A stretch of DNA of 64,000 bases from a virus (lineage: Duplodnaviria > Caudoviricetes), in the IMG/VR virus record IMGVR_UViG_3300028591_000079, positions 167,065 to 231,064 of that record. One strand, written 5' to 3'. Shown piece by piece: positions 29,860 to 39,347 of this stretch. The notes beneath the pieces were generated by a model. That model was given only the letters and a program-made list of their open reading frames with translations. It did not search any database and had not been told where the DNA came from. A program made the position numbers and the translations under genes. Each line of letters starts with the position of its first letter. The first letter of the stretch is position 1.

Positions 29860-30543
29860 ATGAGTTGGAACTGGAACAATGAATCTTTACATCAATACAC
29901 ACCAAGAAATTATATGGCAGATGGTGTTGTTTATATTCAAGATGAGATTAATGAAGAGAATTGTGCTTTTATGATTGGAGATATGCACAAATTTATAATG
30001 CAAGAAGATAATAGTGGTAAAGAGCTAAATATTATAATCAATTCTCCTGGTGGTAGTGTGGATGTAATGACTCAAATATCTGCTCTAATGACTATGGCAA
30101 AATTGCGTGGTATAAAAGTTGTTACTTGGGTTCTTGGATGGGCTGCTTCTGCCGGATCTCTTATTGCCGTACAGGGTGATGATAGATGGATGTCTCGTAA
30201 TGCTTTTCACATGATTCATTTTGGGTCTATATGGGAAAATTTTACAAAAGAAAGCGAAATAGCAAAGTCTTTTAAGTTTACACAAGAATACACTAAAAGA
30301 ATGCAAAAAATATATCTTGATCATTGTCCGAAACTAACATCAGAAAAATTAAAAGAATTAGAAGAAGATGAAATGGGAAGGTTATGGGCAGATGAATGTT
30401 TAAAGTTAGGTATTTGTGATCATATTATAGAAGATGATTATGATGAAAAAATAAGAGTCGAAGAAGAAAGCAATCAGTTGTTAGAAGAATTGTTGCAACT
30501 AAAAAAAGAAAAAGCCAAAAATAAAAAAACAAAGAAAAAGTGA
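29860..30543 (+). CDS. Second, divergent ClpP-like serine protease
   Basis: [35 protein letters not shown]. Confidence 0.85.
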   Translation: MSWNWNNESLHQYTPRNYMADGVVYIQDEINEENCAFMIGDMHKFIMQEDNSGKELNIIINSPGGSVDVMTQISALMTMAKLRGIKVVTWVLGWAASAGSLIAVQGDDRWMSRNAFHMIHFGSIWENFTKESEIAKSFKFTQEYTKRMQKIYLDHCPKLTSEKLKELEEDEMGRLWADECLKLGICDHIIEDDYDEKIRVEEESNQLLEELLQLKKEKAKNKKTKKK

Positions 30544-30622
30544 TTAATTTAAATTTTTTTCTGAAGTTTTATTTTTTCCATAGTTCTAAATATTATAACC
30601 ATTGAACAAAAGGAAAAATAAA

Positions 30623-30928
30623 ATGGCAAATAAAAAAACTGATAAATATGTACAAACAAAAAAGGCTGTAAAACCTCAAGTAAAAGCAACTAAAAAGGCA
30701 ACATCAGCTCAAAAGGTTAAAAAGGTTGAAACAGTGAAAAAGCAAAAGGCTCAAACAGCTCCTAAAAAGACTGTTCAGACTAAAAAAGTTTCAATCAAAT
30801 CAATTCCACAAGAAATCGTAACAAAAGAAGAAGCAAAAACATATACAATTTGCGGATATACAATTAAAAAGACTCATGCTTGGATTGCTGCCGCTGTTGT
30901 AGTTGTTTTGTTGTGCATCTTGTTCTAA
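30623..30928 (+). CDS. Lys-rich protein with a C-terminal membrane anchor
   Basis: K/T/A-rich N-terminus and WIAAAVVVVLLCILF tail. Confidence 0.6.
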   Translation: MANKKTDKYVQTKKAVKPQVKATKKATSAQKVKKVETVKKQKAQTAPKKTVQTKKVSIKSIPQEIVTKEEAKTYTICGYTIKKTHAWIAAAVVVVLLCILF

Positions 30929-30955
30929 TCAAAATATTTCAAAAAAGGAGCCACA

Positions 30956-31264
30956 ATGTCTAAGAAATATGTTGCTTTAGATGGAAATGTGTTCGTAAAA
31001 GAAAAAAAGATCGAACACAGAATCGGAGCTTTTACAATTCCTGATAATTTAGATGTAGATTATACTTTTGGGACTGTTGTTTCATCTGGTCCTGGTACTT
31101 ATGAAAACGGTCAATTTATTCCTAATACTTTGAAGGTTGGTGATGAGATTGTTTTCCCTCGCACGGTTGGGAGCAAAACACACTTTAATAATGAGGAAGA
31201 ATTGATTTTGGTCCGTGCTTGTGATGTTATTGCTCGCATGGAAGAAGTAAAAGACGAAGAATAA
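30956..31264 (+). CDS. groES: Co-chaperonin GroES
   Basis: GTVVSSGPG, LKVGDEIVF, DVIAR; directly upstream of groEL. Confidence 0.85.
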   Translation: MSKKYVALDGNVFVKEKKIEHRIGAFTIPDNLDVDYTFGTVVSSGPGTYENGQFIPNTLKVGDEIVFPRTVGSKTHFNNEEELILVRACDVIARMEEVKDEE

Positions 31265-31282
31265 TAAAAGGAGAAATCTAAT

Positions 31283-32920
31283 ATGAGTCGTAGTGCACTA
31301 TTTGATTCAGAAGCACAAAAAGCATTAGTAAAAGGTGCTCATTTGGTTCGTGATGCTGTAAAAGTAACTATGGGGCCAAAAGGTAAAACAGTAGTAATCC
31401 AACAATCTAACAATAAACCACCAGTAATCACAAAAGATGGTGTGTCTGTGGCAGTAGAAATTCAACCAAAAGACGAAAAAGTTGCTATTGGCTCTCAACT
31501 TATTTGTTCGGTTGCAAGAAAAGCGTTGGGTGAAGCGGGTGATGGTACTTCGTCTGCAACTGTTTTAGCTGGAGCTATCATCGATGAAGGAATTAAATAC
31601 ACTAATACAAATGCAGCTTTAAGTGATATTCGCAAAGGTATTTCTCATGCCGCTGAAGATGTTGTAGAAAAATTGGCAGAAGTATCAACACCAATTACTA
31701 CAGATGAACAATTGATCGATGTTGCAACAATTTCGGCTAATGGGGATCGTAAATTGGGTAAAATTGTTGCAGAAGCTTATTCGAAAGTTGGCAAAGATGG
31801 CGTTGTAACAATTGAAGAAACAAAAGAACGTGATATATCTTTGAATTTCACAGAGGGTATGCGTTTAGATCATGGATATTCTTCTCCTTATTTTGCAGTT
31901 GGTTTTGATGATGCTACAATCGAATATGACAATGCGGCTGTTATGTTGGTTGATTCTAAATTGACTAATATGCAAGTAACACTAAATCTTCTAAATCCAT
32001 TTGTTCAAGCTGGTACTCCTGTCGTTATTATTTCAGAAGGTATTGATACTCCGGTTTTGAATTTGTTAGTAAAACACCGTCTGACAGCTGGATTAAATAT
32101 TGCCTGTATTGATGCTCCTGGTTTTGGTCAAAGAAAAACTGAAATTTTGAGAGATTTGGGTATTTATCTAGGTGGTGAAGTTGGTGATGATATGCTTGGT
32201 GTTCGTTTGCAAGATATGAAGCCTGAACATTTTGGACATTGTGAAAAAATTATTATCAAAAAAGATGAAACAATTATTCGTGGTGGCAAGGGCGATCAAG
32301 CAAAGTTAGAAGAACGTATTGCATCAATTAAAACAGCTATGGAAAACACCGATGTACAATATGATAAAGATAAACTTAAAGAACGCCTTGGATCATTGAC
32401 TACTGGTGTTGCCACAATTCGTGTTGGTGGAAGCTCTGAAGAAGAAATCAAAGAATTGAAAGACCGCTTGGATGACACTATGTGGTCTGTAAAATCTGCA
32501 TTGGAAGAAGGTTTTGTTCCCGGTGGTGGCCGTACGTTAGCATATTTAGCTGATCATATGGAAATGGACAAATACGCAAAAGAGTTGAATGATGATGAAC
32601 TGATTGGTGCTAAAATCCTTCAAAAAGCTATGCGTGCAACATTCTCAACCATCTTAGAAAATGCCGATGAAAACCCAGCAATCTATCTAAAAGAATTGAA
32701 AGATGCAGAAATTACAGACGGTTATGATGTGTCAAAAATGGAACGAGTGAATTTGGTGGAAGCTGGTATTATTGATGCCACTAAGGTTGTTAGAAGCTCG
32801 TTACAGGCGGCTACGAGTATTGCTGGTCTGGTGTTGACAACAAACGTGGTGATTACACAAGATCCAGAAGAAAAATCTGGTATCAACATTACAGGTATGA
32901 TGGCTCCTGGTGTAATGTAG
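31283..32920 (+). CDS. groEL: Chaperonin GroEL
   Basis: VKVTMGPKG, ITKDGVSVA, AGDGTSSATVLA, ATISANGD, EEGFVPGGG. Confidence 0.97.
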   Translation: MSRSALFDSEAQKALVKGAHLVRDAVKVTMGPKGKTVVIQQSNNKPPVITKDGVSVAVEIQPKDEKVAIGSQLICSVARKALGEAGDGTSSATVLAGAIIDEGIKYTNTNAALSDIRKGISHAAEDVVEKLAEVSTPITTDEQLIDVATISANGDRKLGKIVAEAYSKVGKDGVVTIEETKERDISLNFTEGMRLDHGYSSPYFAVGFDDATIEYDNAAVMLVDSKLTNMQVTLNLLNPFVQAGTPVVIISEGIDTPVLNLLVKHRLTAGLNIACIDAPGFGQRKTEILRDLGIYLGGEVGDDMLGVRLQDMKPEHFGHCEKIIIKKDETIIRGGKGDQAKLEERIASIKTAMENTDVQYDKDKLKERLGSLTTGVATIRVGGSSEEEIKELKDRLDDTMWSVKSALEEGFVPGGGRTLAYLADHMEMDKYAKELNDDELIGAKILQKAMRATFSTILENADENPAIYLKELKDAEITDGYDVSKMERVNLVEAGIIDATKVVRSSLQAATSIAGLVLTTNVVITQDPEEKSGINITGMMAPGVM

Positions 32921-32926
32921 TGTACT

Positions 32927-32964
32927 AAAAGGACTGGACTTGTTTAATCTCGTCTGGTCCTTTT
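32927..32964 (+). terminator. Intrinsic terminator after groEL
   Basis: AAAAGGACTGGAC...GTCTGGTCCTTTT. Confidence 0.65.
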
Positions 32965-32993
32965 GAAGGTTTTTCGTTGAGTTCTATAATAAC

Positions 32994-33656
32994 ATGAGAA
33001 AACTAGAAAAAGTATTTAACTACAGAAATGTTATTGAAGGGAAGCAAGTTGATTATTTGGCAGCCCTTAGAGACTCATCTTTTTTCAATTTATATGGTAT
33101 TCCTGCAGAAGTTAAAATACCAAAAAAAGAAAACAATTTAGATGAGTATATAAATTATGTAGATGATGAATGGGATATACAAAAAACAGTTGTGGTGCCA
33201 AAATTTACAGAATATCGCAGTATTTTGTCTCAACTTGGTCAAACTGCAGAAGATGAATATCCATTAGAAATACTCATTCCATCTGCTTTACATTTACCTA
33301 GGAACTCAAGAATAATTTTGGATGAATATAACTCTCACGAAGATAAAATCGCAAGAGAATGGAGAGTTTTATCTACAGAATCCAAACAACTTAGTAACAG
33401 TAAAACATATACTAGAATTGCTTATTGTGCTCCAGCTCGTGCAAGTATATACAAAACAGCAAGAGTTGAAAGCACCGTGGTTATAACTGATTTTGAACCC
33501 ATAAGCGATTATGTGATTTTACAAGATATAACAGCATCATCAGTAAATTATTTAAATGTTATACCTGTTGCTAATACTAAAACAAAAGATCAAACAAGCG
33601 CAGAATCAACCAATGAATTTACTTGGAAGGTTCGTTTGCCATCAATATTACACTAA
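32994..33656 (+). CDS. Hypothetical structural protein (possible head-closure protein)
   Basis: First gene after GTTCTA at 32981; NLYGIP.EV.IP and REWRV resemble head-completion proteins. Confidence 0.35.
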   Translation: MRKLEKVFNYRNVIEGKQVDYLAALRDSSFFNLYGIPAEVKIPKKENNLDEYINYVDDEWDIQKTVVVPKFTEYRSILSQLGQTAEDEYPLEILIPSALHLPRNSRIILDEYNSHEDKIAREWRVLSTESKQLSNSKTYTRIAYCAPARASIYKTARVESTVVITDFEPISDYVILQDITASSVNYLNVIPVANTKTKDQTSAESTNEFTWKVRLPSILH

Positions 33657-33666
33657 AGGGTAGAAA

Positions 33667-34104
33667 ATGACACCAGGATTGACTAATAATACTAAAACAA
33701 ATATGTTGAAATACTTTTTGAATGCTATTCCAGAAGAAGTTCCAGCCCCAACTCCTGTTTATGCTGGTTTGCTTATAGACCAAGGTGGACCAGAACCAAA
33801 TGAGCTTATTATCGGAACTGGTAATTATAATCGCGCCCCTGTTGAATTTGTTGTGGTAGATGGTGTAGCAAAAAACACTTCATCTATAACATTTCCTAAA
33901 GCATCAATATCTTGGACTCCTGGAACATCCAAAATTACTCATATTGCATTCTATACTTCACATTTAGATACAGATACTGGTGAATATGTTTCCGATGACA
34001 CTGATTCTACTATTGCAATTTTACCACTATCAGAAGCAGAAACAGTAGAGGCAAGTGAAACATTCCAACTAAACCCACAAGCTGTAAAAATGCAACTCTT
34101 ATAA
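33667..34104 (+). CDS. Phage structural beta-sandwich protein
   Basis: VYAGLL, NYNRAPV.F, NTSSITFPKA..SW, ITHIAFY: a pattern seen in tail/baseplate-associated proteins. Confidence 0.55.
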   Translation: MTPGLTNNTKTNMLKYFLNAIPEEVPAPTPVYAGLLIDQGGPEPNELIIGTGNYNRAPVEFVVVDGVAKNTSSITFPKASISWTPGTSKITHIAFYTSHLDTDTGEYVSDDTDSTIAILPLSEAETVEASETFQLNPQAVKMQLL

Positions 34105-34129
34105 AAACTAAATAACAAAAGGAAAAACA

Positions 34130-34357
34130 ATGGTAGACTTTTTACATTATGGACAACATTCTCAAACCAAAAAACCAGTGCAGGCTAAGGTTGTAATGGC
34201 AGAATCAACAGCAAAAGTACTTGAAGAAGAAAAAATTGAAGTAAAAGTTGAAGATACTGTACAGGAAGTTGTTGAAAAAGTAAATAAATCTAAAAAGGTT
34301 CGTGCAAAAAAAGAAAAAGACGGATCAGTTAGAGTTAAACAAGTATTACAAGACTAA
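34130..34357 (+). CDS. Small hypothetical protein
   Basis: 75-aa ORF with AAGGA SD. Confidence 0.55.
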   Translation: MVDFLHYGQHSQTKKPVQAKVVMAESTAKVLEEEKIEVKVEDTVQEVVEKVNKSKKVRAKKEKDGSVRVKQVLQD

Positions 34358-34374
34358 AATTAAAGAAAAATAAA

Positions 34375-34842
34375 ATGACTAATCTAGGTGAAATCGCTAC
34401 TCCTTTCAAATGTATAAGTTACTATGTCTCAACAAAATCGGTGGTAGATAATAAACATTCTTATTGCTATTGGTTCAGAGGTAAACTTATCCGCATCATC
34501 TCTAATAAACCTTTTGCTCGCGGTGATATGCTTATTGTTAATAGTATAGAAAACCAAAGTAATGGTGGAGTTGTTATAAATGTAGAGGTGGATCCTGGAG
34601 AATATCAAAAACTCCCGGTTCTAAGTTTTGTTTCAACTAGATTGGTCTATAATAAATATTCTGATTTTGAATTTTCTTCTACGCCTGGTGTTACAATTAT
34701 AAAAACAATAGAACAAGTCATGGATGATAATTATTCGGCTTGTTTTGTTGTATTAAGTGAAACCTCAGGAATGATTCACGCAGTAGATAAACATATGAAT
34801 AACTACTTCGATATAAATATTACCCTTGGTTGGTCTGAATAA
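34375..34842 (+). CDS. Hypothetical protein
   Basis: 155-aa ORF. Confidence 0.55.
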   Translation: MTNLGEIATPFKCISYYVSTKSVVDNKHSYCYWFRGKLIRIISNKPFARGDMLIVNSIENQSNGGVVINVEVDPGEYQKLPVLSFVSTRLVYNKYSDFEFSSTPGVTIIKTIEQVMDDNYSACFVVLSETSGMIHAVDKHMNNYFDINITLGWSE

Positions 34843-34856
34843 TATAGGAATAGAAA

Positions 34857-36683
34857 ATGCCATCAAAAAACAACAACAGAGAATATGTAAAATCATTAGC
34901 AAAAAGAATTGTTGAGCACTCCTCTTATGATAAGGAAACCAACACTCTTTTTGTTACAAATCCTGGTATAAGTGCAGAATTATTAAAAAGCCTGGCAAAA
35001 AAGCAAGGTTATAGAATAGGCCAGGTTAAAACCGGAGAATATATTTCTATTCCTTTAAACTATCGTCAAGAAGATTTAGATGATAAGTACATTTCTCAGT
35101 TTGATAATTTCTTAGACACATACACAAATTTCAATAAGAATTATCATACATTATTGACCGCATATAAGACTTTTGATCTTATGGAAGAAAATCTTGGTGA
35201 AGTGGATCTTATTTTGTCAACTTATGTGGAAGAAGTTTTATCTACTGGTTTTGTTGATGATCCATTGAAAATTAAAATAAGCAATCCAGATGCGCAAAAA
35301 ATTGTAGATGCTGTATTATATAAGAATAAGTTTTTTGCTCGTTTACCAATGCTTGTAAGAAACATTGCCAAATATGGAAATATGGGATTTACTCTTTCTT
35401 ATCCTTATTTGATGACGCAATATGACGAAGTGGATGCTGACATTGAAGAACACAAAATTGATGTGGTAAAAGACTTGGTTATAACTCCGGTAAACCCAAA
35501 ATTCTTCAAGGTAACATGTGATAATTGGTATAATGTTATAAACTATCAGACTCAAATTGATAATACTTATTCATATACAAATAATTTAGTGTCTGTACAA
35601 AATCTAACTTGGCAGCCATGGCAATTTCAACATTTCCTCATATATTCAGAAACAACAGAACCATATGGGCAATCAATGTTATGGTCTATGCGTTCTTCGT
35701 TTGATCAATTGACTACATTGGAAGCTTTGTTGGCTGTGTCTCGTGCAAGTAAAGTCCAAAGATTGGTTATTAGTATTCCTATTCCGGTTGGTGCCTCTCA
35801 GATGGATGCTTACCAATATTTAAATGAATTTAAAGCTAATTATTTGAGTTCTTTGTTCACTGATGCTCCTGGTACTAAAGCTGGTCGCAAGATTCCTGGA
35901 GCCACTAGTATATTTGTAAAACCAGCAATTAAAGATTTTACAATTGATAAGATAGATTCAAACATAGATTTATCGTCAACAGAAGACGTAGAATATTTCC
36001 TTGACAAGATTTTACGTAATTCAAAGTTGCCAAAGGGGTATTTAGTAGGGGATGATACAATTACTACAGCCCAAACGTTAGAGTCGCAAGATTTGAAATT
36101 GAGCCGTGCTTTGGTTCCTTTGAAAAGAGCTTTGGTTGATGGTACATTGGGATTGGTTGAAAAGATTCTTACCCATGCTGGTTTTGATGTTACTAAGATT
36201 AGTGTTGAAGTAACTCTAAACAAACCAATACAAATTTCTAATGATTTGATTGCAAAATATAACGACATAATACAATTAATTGGCAATATTCAAGAAGTAA
36301 TCAATCCAAAAATGACAAATATTAATCGTTATCAGTTGTTGGTTGAGATGGGAATACCTGTAAATGCTGCAAGATTGATGTGTAGTAAATCTTCCATTTC
36401 AGTATTACAAAACGCATCAGACTTAAAGAAATTCATGTTGGGTCAAAAAGAACAAGATCCTAGTGCTGTAGAACAAATACCAGATGCAGGGTCTATGGAA
36501 GAATGTACAAAAGTTGATATGATGCTCAGTTCAAAACAGTTCTTAAATGAAAATGTAGAATTGGCTGAAGACTTGAATGATTTTTATAAGGTAATCAAAT
36601 CAGAAAGCAAAAGTGGAAAAACAAGCCTACATGAAAGCCTTATAAAACCTAAAAACACACCAAAAGAAACAACAGAAGAATAA
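34857..36683 (+). CDS. Portal protein (T4 gp20-like)
   Basis: RNIAKYGN.., PYGQSML..MR....QL..LE, EDVEYFLDKIL..SKLPKGYL, QDLK..R. Confidence 0.85.
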   Translation: MPSKNNNREYVKSLAKRIVEHSSYDKETNTLFVTNPGISAELLKSLAKKQGYRIGQVKTGEYISIPLNYRQEDLDDKYISQFDNFLDTYTNFNKNYHTLLTAYKTFDLMEENLGEVDLILSTYVEEVLSTGFVDDPLKIKISNPDAQKIVDAVLYKNKFFARLPMLVRNIAKYGNMGFTLSYPYLMTQYDEVDADIEEHKIDVVKDLVITPVNPKFFKVTCDNWYNVINYQTQIDNTYSYTNNLVSVQNLTWQPWQFQHFLIYSETTEPYGQSMLWSMRSSFDQLTTLEALLAVSRASKVQRLVISIPIPVGASQMDAYQYLNEFKANYLSSLFTDAPGTKAGRKIPGATSIFVKPAIKDFTIDKIDSNIDLSSTEDVEYFLDKILRNSKLPKGYLVGDDTITTAQTLESQDLKLSRALVPLKRALVDGTLGLVEKILTHAGFDVTKISVEVTLNKPIQISNDLIAKYNDIIQLIGNIQEVINPKMTNINRYQLLVEMGIPVNAARLMCSKSSISVLQNASDLKKFMLGQKEQDPSAVEQIPDAGSMEECTKVDMMLSSKQFLNENVELAEDLNDFYKVIKSESKSGKTSLHESLIKPKNTPKETTEE

Positions 36684-37078
36684 TGTTAGATATAGAAGGT
36701 ATTTATTTTGCAACTAAAACCGGAACTCTAATAAATCTTGTGAAAGCAGGAGTTGAGAATGAAAGACAAAGTTTGGATTATTTTACCTTCCAATCAATTT
36801 TATTTAAGTATTTTGATATAGATAGAATAAATAAAATACTTGAATATCTAAATGAAAGCGAAAAAGTTATAATAGATTTTGATAATGAAAGGGCTATGTT
36901 GGTAAAAGACAAAGACCCAAATTTCTTATCAATATTTACAAAAGAAATGAGTCCAGAAACTATTGCAAACTTCTATATGGAAAATGATGGTAATATGGAT
37001 GACAATAACTACAGTAAACCTAATCTAGGAGATGATAAATATGTTGAATCCATTTATAGACGGTCGACCAATTCCTAA
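36683..37078 (+). CDS. Hypothetical protein
   Basis: Coupled to the portal stop. Confidence 0.55.
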   Translation: MLDIEGIYFATKTGTLINLVKAGVENERQSLDYFTFQSILFKYFDIDRINKILEYLNESEKVIIDFDNERAMLVKDKDPNFLSIFTKEMSPETIANFYMENDGNMDDNNYSKPNLGDDKYVESIYRRSTNS

Positions 37079-37388
37079 CATAAAGGTCAATTTCAAAGTA
37101 AAAATAAAAACCAAATCAACTGAAGAATCTAGTGTTTGGAATTCTTTTTTCGCATATGTAATGAGTAAACCTAGAACAAAAATTGAATTTATTACTGTAG
37201 CTTTAATGCGTAATTTTTCTCTTTCTTCTATAACCGTTGAAGATTTGAAAGATGTAATAGAAGAAAATGATTATGAAAAGCTTTTGACAATAGAAGAAAT
37301 TTTCAATGAACGTCTACCTATTGATTTGAAAGCATTTATTTTATCTGTTTTTCAAGTTCCAATTCCATTTATTAAAGAACATCAATAG
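37032..37388 (+). CDS. Hypothetical protein
   Basis: 118-aa ORF. Confidence 0.55.
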   Translation: MINMLNPFIDGRPIPNIKVNFKVKIKTKSTEESSVWNSFFAYVMSKPRTKIEFITVALMRNFSLSSITVEDLKDVIEENDYEKLLTIEEIFNERLPIDLKAFILSVFQVPIPFIKEHQ

Positions 37389-37448
37389 TCTAGTGAAATT
37401 ATGTTTTTTGATACCTTCTAATTCAGTTCTATATAAGGATAATAGAAG

Positions 37449-39347
37449 GTGTTTCACGTGATTTTTGTAGATAAGTCAAATATTAATCTTCTTGAACAAC
37501 ATTTAGGTGATTATGCTACTTGGATGCCCTATGGATTTGGAGAAAAGGGCATGCTTGGTTTATATCCCACAAATGAACACACCGAAGAAGAAATTATTGA
37601 TCAATTAAAAAAATTTAAAATCCCTTATTATACAGAGGTTACCGAGGCTGTTGTTTTGACCGAAAGTGGAAATGATGAGTCTGATGAATCTTATAAGGGT
37701 ATTTTTATTGATCGAAAAACAGGGGACTTTAAAATCCTAACAGGTCGTTTTCCAGATAAAAAAGCTATGATAAACAAATATGGCACTCTTGGAAAAGATT
37801 ATATTGCACGTAAGGTTTTTGAGAAGCCAGTTTTTGATTGGATTCTAAACAATGCAAAATCTTCTCTTGATTCATATTTGATGTTTTCTACTGCTTTTAG
37901 TAAATGGAGACATAATTCAATCTTAGATAAATATTATATAAAGTTGATAAACGATATGCCACAATTATTTAAAAACGTTAGAGCCCAGGATAGAATTGGT
38001 GGGGATAATAAAGCCAAGCATGCAGATAAAGAAGCTGTTGAGTTAGATGAAGCAGATTATGTTGGAAACTATGATGATATAAACAATGGTAAAATATATT
38101 TGGTTGTTTATGGTGAAAATGGTATTTTAGCGGATTTTACAGATAGTGCTCCAATAAAATATTCTTCCAACCAATATAGTTTTGAAAGTGTCGAATTATT
38201 TAAATGGCTACAAAGAGCTGTTGATCAAGTTGAAGAAGAAACTGGTGAAACAGTAACAGGAGTAGCGGTAAAAACCAAGAAAAAAGATCCGTCTCCAAAA
38301 ATGTATTCGCGTAGCCAAATTGAAAAAGGTTATACAAAAAGTGTTGGAAAATCTTGGAGTGATGATCAAGCTTTTCAACAAACATTGGAAGACCCAACAA
38401 GTGAAAAATTCAACGCCCTTGTTTATTGTAAAGACGAACAAGGTAGAAGAATAATTCCAAAACCTTATCCAATATCCATAAACCATGTTATAGAGAAAGG
38501 CAATGGCATAGATGATCGTCAAGTTTGGATTTCTGCATTGCAAGCGTTGAATACTGTATATGGGGAACCAGAAAACACAGCAGAAGCTCAAATATATGGA
38601 CCTGCTGCACATGAACAAGTGTATATTCAAGACGCACAAGGTAAAGAATATTATTCAAATCGTGGCGAAGTATATAAAAACGTACATAATATGGAACCAG
38701 GACAAGATAAACCATTCTTAACAAAAAGTGGAAACATAGCTCACCCAGAATGGAAGGTATCGCACCCAATCAGATATAATAATTTAAAAGATCTAAAGAA
38801 TCTAATAAATAATCAAAAATCTGGCAATCAGTCTGTAGTACAAAATATGGTAAAACAAGAACCAATAAATAAACAAGCACATTTGAGTAATTTAGGAAGT
38901 CCAGAAAAGAATTACAAACCTGTTACTTATGGTAGTGTAAAAAAAGATATTGATTCTCGTCCAAAAAGAGACCAAATACTATCTTGGAGACATGAATCAA
39001 CCGAAGAACAAAAGGAACATGAAATGGCAATAAAAGAAGCTATTCAAAAACTGGTAGAAGCGTCCGGTGTTTTAGATTTACCAGATTATGATGTAGATTT
39101 GGCAGATGATAATGTAAATAATGTTGTTCGTTTTATTGTAAAGAACACATTTGGAAAAGATGATATTGAAGAAGTATTAATAAACAAACCAATTAGTGCA
39201 GATGTTGAATTAGAAGATTTTATGTTGCCAGAAATTGAAGCTGCCGCAGAAAGAATTAAGGCACGCAATCCAGGTAAAAAAGTCTTTGTTCAAGTAAATG
39301 ACGAAGAACCAACAGAATACATCGACATAGAAGAACCACAAGCCTAA
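37449..39347 (+). CDS. Large hypothetical protein (probable internal head protein)
   Basis: 632-aa ORF with multiple hydrophobic-x-E motifs at domain boundaries. Confidence 0.55.
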   Translation: MFHVIFVDKSNINLLEQHLGDYATWMPYGFGEKGMLGLYPTNEHTEEEIIDQLKKFKIPYYTEVTEAVVLTESGNDESDESYKGIFIDRKTGDFKILTGRFPDKKAMINKYGTLGKDYIARKVFEKPVFDWILNNAKSSLDSYLMFSTAFSKWRHNSILDKYYIKLINDMPQLFKNVRAQDRIGGDNKAKHADKEAVELDEADYVGNYDDINNGKIYLVVYGENGILADFTDSAPIKYSSNQYSFESVELFKWLQRAVDQVEEETGETVTGVAVKTKKKDPSPKMYSRSQIEKGYTKSVGKSWSDDQAFQQTLEDPTSEKFNALVYCKDEQGRRIIPKPYPISINHVIEKGNGIDDRQVWISALQALNTVYGEPENTAEAQIYGPAAHEQVYIQDAQGKEYYSNRGEVYKNVHNMEPGQDKPFLTKSGNIAHPEWKVSHPIRYNNLKDLKNLINNQKSGNQSVVQNMVKQEPINKQAHLSNLGSPEKNYKPVTYGSVKKDIDSRPKRDQILSWRHESTEEQKEHEMAIKEAIQKLVEASGVLDLPDYDVDLADDNVNNVVRFIVKNTFGKDDIEEVLINKPISADVELEDFMLPEIEAAAERIKARNPGKKVFVQVNDEEPTEYIDIEEPQA

